Positions 58,119 through 64,000 of a DNA stretch of 64,000 nucleotides are shown here, piece by piece. The stretch is from NCBI GenBank assembly GCA_963719225.1, contig CAVRAY010000001.1, positions 1,408,001 to 1,472,000 on the forward strand, in the 5' to 3' direction. The notes beneath the pieces are model-generated. The model worked only from the letters and a program-made list of their open reading frames with translations. It was not told where the DNA came from and did not search any database. Made by a program: the position numbers and the translations under genes. Each line of letters begins with the position of its first letter. Position 1 is the stretch's first letter. The stretch comes from Thermoanaerobaculia bacterium (GTDB lineage Bacteria; Acidobacteriota; Thermoanaerobaculia; UBA5066).

Positions 58119-58985
58119 GCGGCAGCCTCCCGGCGAGCCCGGCCCGCGGCGAGCGAGGTCCGCGCTCGGGAGAGCTCGTCGAGGAGTTCTTCGAAAGGGG
58201 GATAGGCTCCGTCCCGCTCGAGAATCACAGTCAAGGGATGTGGCGCCAGCTCTCCGAGTCGTTCGAGGAGAGAGAAGACGGCCTCCGGCACGGGGTGCAC
58301 GTGGTCGTCGAGGAGACGGTGCTCGCCGGGCTTACCCGGAATCCCGACGCTCCGGCCCCCCGCAAGATGAACGGCCTTGACCCTCCGCATCGGGATACTT
58401 CTAAGAAAATCTTCTTCTCTTTCTTCCTCTTCTCCGAATCCAAGAGTTCCTCGCGTTCGCATGGAGGTTGTGAAGGTCGAGCAGGAGGTCAGTGTCTGCA
58501 GCTTCGAGCACGTCCGCGACGAACGCGGCCTCGTCGCGGTCGCTCCCGGGCGGGTCGATCAGCGTCGCGACGTTCTCGAGAAGCGGCGCGCTCCCCACGA
58601 CCGCGCGAGCCCGCGCGACGTTACGGACGGTCCCCGCGATCGTGGCCGCACACCGGGGCGGTGCGGCGAGATGGCCGATCTCGATCCCGCCGCCGCGGAC
58701 GAAAGCGAGGTGCTCCGACCAGAACACGGGCCGCGCGATCTCCGCGACGCGCGCGAAGGCGGCGAGTCGCCTTTCGTCCACACCAGCGGACGACGCGAGC
58801 CCGAGCGAGACCCCGTGGAGGACCACGGGGATCTGTGCGGACAGCGTCCGAAGGGCGCGCTGCTCGCGCGCGGGTCGCTCCGTCCAGTCCTCCGCGATCA
58901 CTTCGACGACGTCGAGCCGGTCCGCCGCGGCGAGGATGCGGTCCGCGAGCGGAGGCCGCCAGCCGATTCCGAAGAGGTCCTTCAC
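58115..58985 (-). CDS. DUF692 multinuclear non-heme iron oxidative enzyme (MNIO), frameshift near 58445
   Basis: GIGWR, LHGVSLGL, SEHLAF, LLENVA, LLDLHN, VHLAGG, DDH and ILERD motifs. Confidence 0.88.
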
Positions 58986-58986
58986 C

Positions 58987-59841
58987 TCAGCCGCCGCAGC
59001 CTCCGCATCCGCCGCCACAGCCGCCCCCGCAGCTACTGCCGCACGACGAACCGCAGGACGAGCTGCCGGAGGAGGACGACGCCTTCGGATAGAGGCGGCG
59101 CGTCCAGGCGAACTCGCCCATAGGCAGGAGCGCGAGTCCGAAGACCGAGGCGAGGAGCGCGGCCTCTGCCGTCTGCGACCCCGCGCGGATCGAGCCGGCC
59201 CGCTGTTTCAGGCCCGAGAAGAGCACCTTCAGGTCGGCGAGGAGGCGGTCTCCCTTGCCCGTCCGCTTCGGGAACGCGGCCGCGGCTGTGAAGAAGGTGA
59301 AGACGAGCGTCAGGACGACCAGGAATCCCACGTTGTGCCGCCCCCGCCCGAACGCCTGTACGAGGCGCGCGCCCGTCACGACCCACAGCAGGCCGAACGC
59401 GATCCCGAACATCGCGAATCGACGAGGCGCATCCGCCTTCGAAGCGACGAGGCCGAGCTCCTGGAGCGACGTCTCGTACGGGCGGCAGGCCGAAAGGAGT
59501 GCGGAGCTCGTGAAGACGGACGTCGCCTCCGCGGGCGTTCGGAAGGCCTCGAGGATCGCGCTCTCGAGCGGGTTCGTCGACGTGGCGCCCTTTTTCGCCT
59601 GGACCTTCGTCTCGTCGGGCCGCAGGAGCTTGCGGTCGACGAGCGAGACGACCGCGACGCGAATCGTCTCGTTCGCGCCGCCGCGCAGGTATGCGATCGT
59701 GTAAGGGTCGGTGAGCGAGACCCGGGAAGGCTCCCCTTCCTCCGCGGCGCGGCGCGCGCGATTGAGAACCCACACCGTCAGGACTCCGAACGCGAAGTAG
59801 AAAAGGAGGAAGGGCGGGCCGGAGAGCGCGAAGGGGTTCAT
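58987..59841 (-). CDS. TIGR04222-type membrane protein with a Ser/Gly/Cys low-complexity tail
   Basis: GPPFLLFY and DPYTIAYLRGG; tail SSCGSSCGSSCGGGCGGGCGGCGG. Confidence 0.88.
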   Translation of the reverse strand: MNPFALSGPPFLLFYFAFGVLTVWVLNRARRAAEEGEPSRVSLTDPYTIAYLRGGANETIRVAVVSLVDRKLLRPDETKVQAKKGATSTNPLESAILEAFRTPAEATSVFTSSALLSACRPYETSLQELGLVASKADAPRRFAMFGIAFGLLWVVTGARLVQAFGRGRHNVGFLVVLTLVFTFFTAAAAFPKRTGKGDRLLADLKVLFSGLKQRAGSIRAGSQTAEAALLASVFGLALLPMGEFAWTRRLYPKASSSSGSSSCGSSCGSSCGGGCGGGCGGCGG

Positions 59842-60593
59842 GGCGCGCGCCGGGCGCGCTCGCGAAGAAGTCTCGCGAGCTCGGGAAGGTTTGCGAGGAT
59901 CCGCTGCGCTTCCCCGGAAGCGAGGGGCCGCTGCTCGCGCACCGTGGAAAGGCTCTCGACGAGCGCGTTCCAGCCGTCGCCCGGAAGCGAAGCGGCCAGG
60001 GTGCGCAACGCTTCTTTAGGGCTTGAGACGGGCGCGCCTTCGAGCGTGAGGATCGAGGCGGCGGCCGCTCGCAACGGGCCCGCGAAACCCGCGACGGTCC
60101 GGGCGGCTTCGTCGTCGCTTCCGCCATGGAGCGCGTAGCCCTCGCGCAGCCGAAGAGTGAGGTTCAGGAGGGATTGGGCCAGCCGGCGCCGAAGCGCATC
60201 CACGGGAACCGCGAGTCCCGCGAACGAATCGGGGCCGTAAAGCACACGGCGCCGACGGGCGATGTCCGCGAACTTCACCGCGAACGCTTCCGCAGCATCG
60301 CCGATCTCGCTCTCGAGGAGGAACATGACCTCGAGCCGCGCCGCCGCCTGAGCCGCGCGGAGCGTCGGGCGGAGGGCGTCGATCGCGCCCGCGGGGACGT
60401 CCCTCAGGACGAGGACGAGGTTGAGGTCCGACTCGGGCCTCAGAGCCCCCTCGGCTCCGCTCCCGAACAGAACCGCGGACACGAGGCTTCCGCCCAGCGC
60501 GGCCCGCGCCGCCGGGAGGAAGTCGTCGAGCGCGCGAGAGGCCGGAACCGGAAGATCGGACGGGGAGGGCGAGGCAGGTGGTGTTTCACTCAT
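59838..60593 (-). CDS. Nucleotidyltransferase-domain protein
   Basis: VLFGSGAEG...SDLNLVLV (GS-x-DxN variant). Confidence 0.75.
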   Translation of the reverse strand: MSETPPASPSPSDLPVPASRALDDFLPAARAALGGSLVSAVLFGSGAEGALRPESDLNLVLVLRDVPAGAIDALRPTLRAAQAAARLEVMFLLESEIGDAAEAFAVKFADIARRRRVLYGPDSFAGLAVPVDALRRRLAQSLLNLTLRLREGYALHGGSDDEAARTVAGFAGPLRAAAASILTLEGAPVSSPKEALRTLAASLPGDGWNALVESLSTVREQRPLASGEAQRILANLPELARLLRERARRAP

Positions 60594-62710
60594 CTCGAGA
60601 TTCCAATCGACGTCGCGTCCGGGGCGCCTGTGGCGGCCGAGCGGGCGCGTGCTTTCGCGAGGAGGCGAGCGCGGAACGCCCCCGGCGGGATCTGGCCTTC
60701 GGAGAGGAACTCCTCGTGGAAACGCTTCTCGGAGAAAGCCGGGCCTTCGAATCCCTGGCATTCCTCCCGCAGGGAGAGGATGTCCGCCTTGCCCAGGTGA
60801 TATGTGATCGCCTGCGTGGGCCACTTCGAGTAGCGGAAGATCTCCCGGCGGGCCGAGGCGACCGCGGCGCGCTCGCCCGCGTCGGGATTCGACGCCGGAT
60901 CCGTCGAGACCGGCCCCCTCACGAAGACCACGTTCCGCGCGTAATACGTCACGGCGTCCTCGAACGACATGAACCCGCAGTGAATTCCCGTGTCGATCAC
61001 GACGCGGGCGTCCCGCAGGACCTGGTTCTGGAGCTGAAAGAAGCGCTCGTCCGGCGTGTAGAAACCGTCCGGAAGTCCGGTGCGAGGCTCTCCCACGAGG
61101 CGCTCGCAGTAGAACGCCCATCCCTCGGACGACATCGCGTCCTCCCACATCGAGGCGGAGTCCTCCACGCCGCCCGGGGTCAGCCAGCGGATCGCGGAGA
61201 TCGAGCCGGCCCTCGGACGCATGAACTGGTAGTACCAGTCGTGGCCGGGGAAACCCTCGTGCGCCGCGAGGCTCGCGACCGCCGCCCGTGCGTGCTCGCG
61301 AAGGGCCGCGGGGTCGTCGCCTGTCGGCGTCACGTAGAACTGTCCGACGCCTTCCTTCTTGAACGCAGGTGCGGGGTAATACGCGGCGTCGATCGTGTCG
61401 CGCAGCGGCGGGGGCGTGAAGACGACATCGAGGCGGTAATCGGCTGGCAGGTCGAACAGTCCCGTCTTCCGGCCGTACTCCACGAGCCGCTGGCACGCGA
61501 GCTGGTACCAGGACAGCATCTCGGCGTCGCTCTTCGGAACGTCGTTCCCGAGATACGCCATCACCCCCGCCGGCGAGGAGTCCTCGAGGCCGTGGTCCGC
61601 GGCGATGCGGCGCCCGAGAGCGGTCATCTCGGACAACGTCTCCGCAACGCGCGTCTTCCCGTACGCATGGAGCTCGCGCGGCGTGCGCGTCACGCGCAGG
61701 TTGTTCTTCAGCGCCCAGGAGTATTCGGCTTCGCCGGCCGCGAAGCGGTCCCTGTCGAACGCGGGCCTGAGCGCTTTTCCGTCGGGCTCGAAGAAGAGCT
61801 CGACGAGACCCTTGCGAAAATCCCGGAATGCCGCCGCGGCGGCGGCTTCCGCGGTCGAGAGTGAAGCTTTCGTGTCGGCGTCGAGGCCGGCGCCCCACGA
61901 TGCCGCTTTCTCCGCGAGAGCTTTTTCGAAGTACGCCGCCGTGGTCTCGGCCGCGTCGACCGCGGACCTGATGAGACGCCGGTCCGGGATCGCGTTCCCC
62001 GAAGAGCCTCGCCGGACGTTCGCGAGAGCGGTCTTCAGGTAGGCAGGTACTGCGGCGACGCGCGCCGCGAGGGCCTGCCACTCGGCCTTCGTTCCCCGGA
62101 CACCGCCCGTCCCGGCGGTCATGCCCTGCAGCGACCACTCGGCACCGCGGAGGGGCTCCTCGACGAAGACGTCGAGGGCCTTCTCGTGCACGCGCCGGTC
62201 GAGGTTGTGCACGAGGAACGCGAGCTGTGAATCCATCACGGAGGCGTCGATGCGGTCGGGCTCGGGAAGCGCCTCGAGGTCGACCTTCGAGAGGCGTGCC
62301 CGAAAACCGCTCCACGCCTCGCGCTCCGCGTGCAGGGCGGCAGGGGAATAGTCGCGAAGCCGTCCGTCCAGCGCCGCGTACGCGGGATCGAGTCCCTCGG
62401 CGCCGAGATACGTCGCGACGACCGGAAAGCGCTCGAGGAACTCCTTGACGTACTCCGACCTGAGGGCCGCAAATTCCGCGGGCTTAGGCGCCTTGTATTT
62501 TTTTGGCTTCGGAGGGGAGATGGGGGACTTCCGAGAATTCTGAGGAGGAGAGGCGACCGAGGATTTCTGAGAATGCGCGGGAGGCGCCGCGGCGACCAGG
62601 ACCGCAATCGCCGCGCCTGCCGCGCCCCGCGCCAACGCCGAAATCGTTGCAGGCCGTCCGCCCGGTCCCATTTCCATTCGAAGAAATCTGCAGACCCAGA
62701 GCTGAGACAT
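60590..62710 (-). CDS. DUF885 family secreted protein (metallopeptidase-like)
   Basis: AHEGFPGH, EGWAFYCE, RVVIDTGIH and PTQAITYHLG motifs; start uncertain. Confidence 0.85.
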   Translation of the reverse strand: MSQLWVCRFLRMEMGPGGRPATISALARGAAGAAIAVLVAAAPPAHSQKSSVASPPQNSRKSPISPPKPKKYKAPKPAEFAALRSEYVKEFLERFPVVATYLGAEGLDPAYAALDGRLRDYSPAALHAEREAWSGFRARLSKVDLEALPEPDRIDASVMDSQLAFLVHNLDRRVHEKALDVFVEEPLRGAEWSLQGMTAGTGGVRGTKAEWQALAARVAAVPAYLKTALANVRRGSSGNAIPDRRLIRSAVDAAETTAAYFEKALAEKAASWGAGLDADTKASLSTAEAAAAAAFRDFRKGLVELFFEPDGKALRPAFDRDRFAAGEAEYSWALKNNLRVTRTPRELHAYGKTRVAETLSEMTALGRRIAADHGLEDSSPAGVMAYLGNDVPKSDAEMLSWYQLACQRLVEYGRKTGLFDLPADYRLDVVFTPPPLRDTIDAAYYPAPAFKKEGVGQFYVTPTGDDPAALREHARAAVASLAAHEGFPGHDWYYQFMRPRAGSISAIRWLTPGGVEDSASMWEDAMSSEGWAFYCERLVGEPRTGLPDGFYTPDERFFQLQNQVLRDARVVIDTGIHCGFMSFEDAVTYYARNVVFVRGPVSTDPASNPDAGERAAVASARREIFRYSKWPTQAITYHLGKADILSLREECQGFEGPAFSEKRFHEEFLSEGQIPPGAFRARLLAKARARSAATGAPDATSIGISR

Positions 62711-62738
62711 CGTCTCTTTAGACTATCCTAGGGGCGGC

Positions 62739-64000
62739 ATGAAGATCCTCTTCACGATGCTCAAGGAGGAGAACATCGACCCTCTGAACGTCGAGCTCCT
62801 CTCGGCGCTCGCGAAGCAGGGGGGGCACGAGACGTTCCTGTCCGTCCTCGAGCACGGAGAGCTGGAGCGCGACCTCAAGGCGATCCGCCCCGACGTCGTG
62901 GCGTTCAGCGCGAAGACGGGCGAGAGCAACGTGATGTTCGACGTCGCTCGGGAGATCAAGGGCTCGTTCGGCGACGACGTCCTCACGATCATGGGCGGCC
63001 CCCACCCCACGTTCAACTATTCGCGCATGCGCCTCCGCGGCGAGACGCTGGCCGCGCCGCTGCCCCGTCCGGGCGCGCAGGCCCTTCCGGTCGAAGAGAC
63101 GCACATGGACTACCTCGCCGTCGGGGAAGCCGACGAGGCGTGGCCCGAGCTCCTCTCGCGCCTCGCCTCGGGCGCTCAGCCCGACGACGTGCCGGGCATC
63201 GTCACGCGGGGAAACCGGCGCGCCGACGGCACGATTGCGCTGAGGGATCGCGCGAACTTCCTCGACGACCTGCCGTTTCACGACCGGGCCCTCGTGTACG
63301 ACAAGACGCAGCTCAAATACTTCGGGATGCGGACGTTCATCTCGCAGCGCGGCTGCCCCTATCCCTGCACGTACTGCTTCAACGCGAAGTTCAACGAGCT
63401 CTACAAGCGCAAAGGAAAGACGATCAACCGGTACAGCGTCGACAGGCTCCTCGAGGAGCTGCTCGACATCAAGCGGAACTACGACACGCAGTTCATCAAG
63501 TTCTACGACGACATGTTCGTCTTCCACGCCGACGACTGGCTGCGCGAGTTCTCGGAGAAGTATCCGAAGGTCATCGGCGTGCCGTTCCACTGCCTCACCC
63601 GGTGCGACCTCGTCCACAAGGATCCGGAGATGATCGACCTGATGAAGGCCGCCGGCCTTCACTCGATCACGATGTCTATCGAATCCGGAAACGACTTCGT
63701 GCGGCGACACACGTTCAAGCGCACGATGACCGAGGAGGAGATCCGGTTCGCGTTCGATTATTGCGCCAGGAAAGGCGTGAAGACGTTCTCGAACACGATT
63801 CTCGCGATCCCAGCTCCCGTGATCCCGAAGGTGGACGATCCCCGCTTCGAGGAGAAAGCGGCAGGCGTCGTCTCGCACCTCGCGACGCACTTCCCGCGCA
63901 TCAAGCGCGAGCCGTTCGAGAGCGTCCTCGCGGGTGGGGCCGCGCTCGCGCCCCCCGCGCGCCGCGAGCTCACGGACCGGCTCCAGGCGCTCGGACTCCG
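62739..64000 (+). CDS. B12-binding radical SAM protein, 3'-truncated (absent from the ORF track)
   Basis: Own translation: MKILFTMLKEE..., GGPHPTF, GEAD, RGCPYPCTYC (CxxxCxxC), FYDD and SIESG; no stop seen before the window end. Confidence 0.88.
   Translation, partial: MKILFTMLKEENIDPLNVELLSALAKQGGHETFLSVLEHGELERDLKAIRPDVVAFSAKTGESNVMFDVAREIKGSFGDDVLTIMGGPHPTFNYSRMRLRGETLAAPLPRPGAQALPVEETHMDYLAVGEADEAWPELLSRLASGAQPDDVPGIVTRGNRRADGTIALRDRANFLDDLPFHDRALVYDKTQLKYFGMRTFISQRGCPYPCTYCFNAKFNELYKRKGKTINRYSVDRLLEELLDIKRNYDTQFIKFYDDMFVFHADDWLREFSEKYPKVIGVPFHCLTRCDLVHKDPEMIDLMKAAGLHSITMSIESGNDFVRRHTFKRTMTEEEIRFAFDYCARKGVKTFSNTILAIPAPVIPKVDDPRFEEKAAGVVSHLATHFPRIKREPFESVLAGGAALAPPARRELTDRLQALGL

Noticed and set aside
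55093-58985. Programmed frameshifting or true pseudogenes in the histidine kinase and DUF692
   Set aside because: No slippery signals seen and the domains are otherwise intact; sequencing indels are the simpler explanation but are unconfirmed.
62718-63890. 390-aa minus-strand ORF
   Set aside because: Antisense shadow of the plus-strand B12 radical SAM gene starting at 62739.

Overview
GC-rich bacterial window with scattered single-base indels, probably from a long-read assembly. Positions 1-29.5 kb form a polymorphic-toxin locus: a giant 5'-truncated Rhs/YD-repeat protein (>4100 aa) and four toxin-immunity pairs. The sequence indicates that a ~13.4 kb element (11349-24739) has integrated inside the conserved rhs core at a CT dinucleotide. 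It gave the giant Rhs a new toxin tip and fused the displaced HNH tip in frame to an element-encoded signal-peptide leader. A downstream orphan module (26113-27612) preserves the empty site. The element carries a CHC2/Toprim primase-ATPase, a Xer-like tyrosine recombinase, an XRE regulator, an inverted-symmetric non-coding region and about 16 copies of a GCGGCTAAAGAAGAA-like motif. Its cargo looks defensive: a Zn-ribbon Ser/Thr kinase, an EcoRII/Dcm/Vsr set and a HEPN protein. Positions 29.7-64 kb are host genes: PilZ, HDAC, an IS1202-type IS with a 17-bp TSD, an Ig-repeat protein with exosortase H, CtpA, tatA/B-tatC, OvoA-like EgtB with EgtD, MFS, a cystathionine lyase, RapA, alpha-2-macroglobulin, a hybrid histidine kinase, TIGR04222-DUF692, DUF885 and a B12 radical SAM gene. 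Family assignments come from motif recognition only; no database searches were run.
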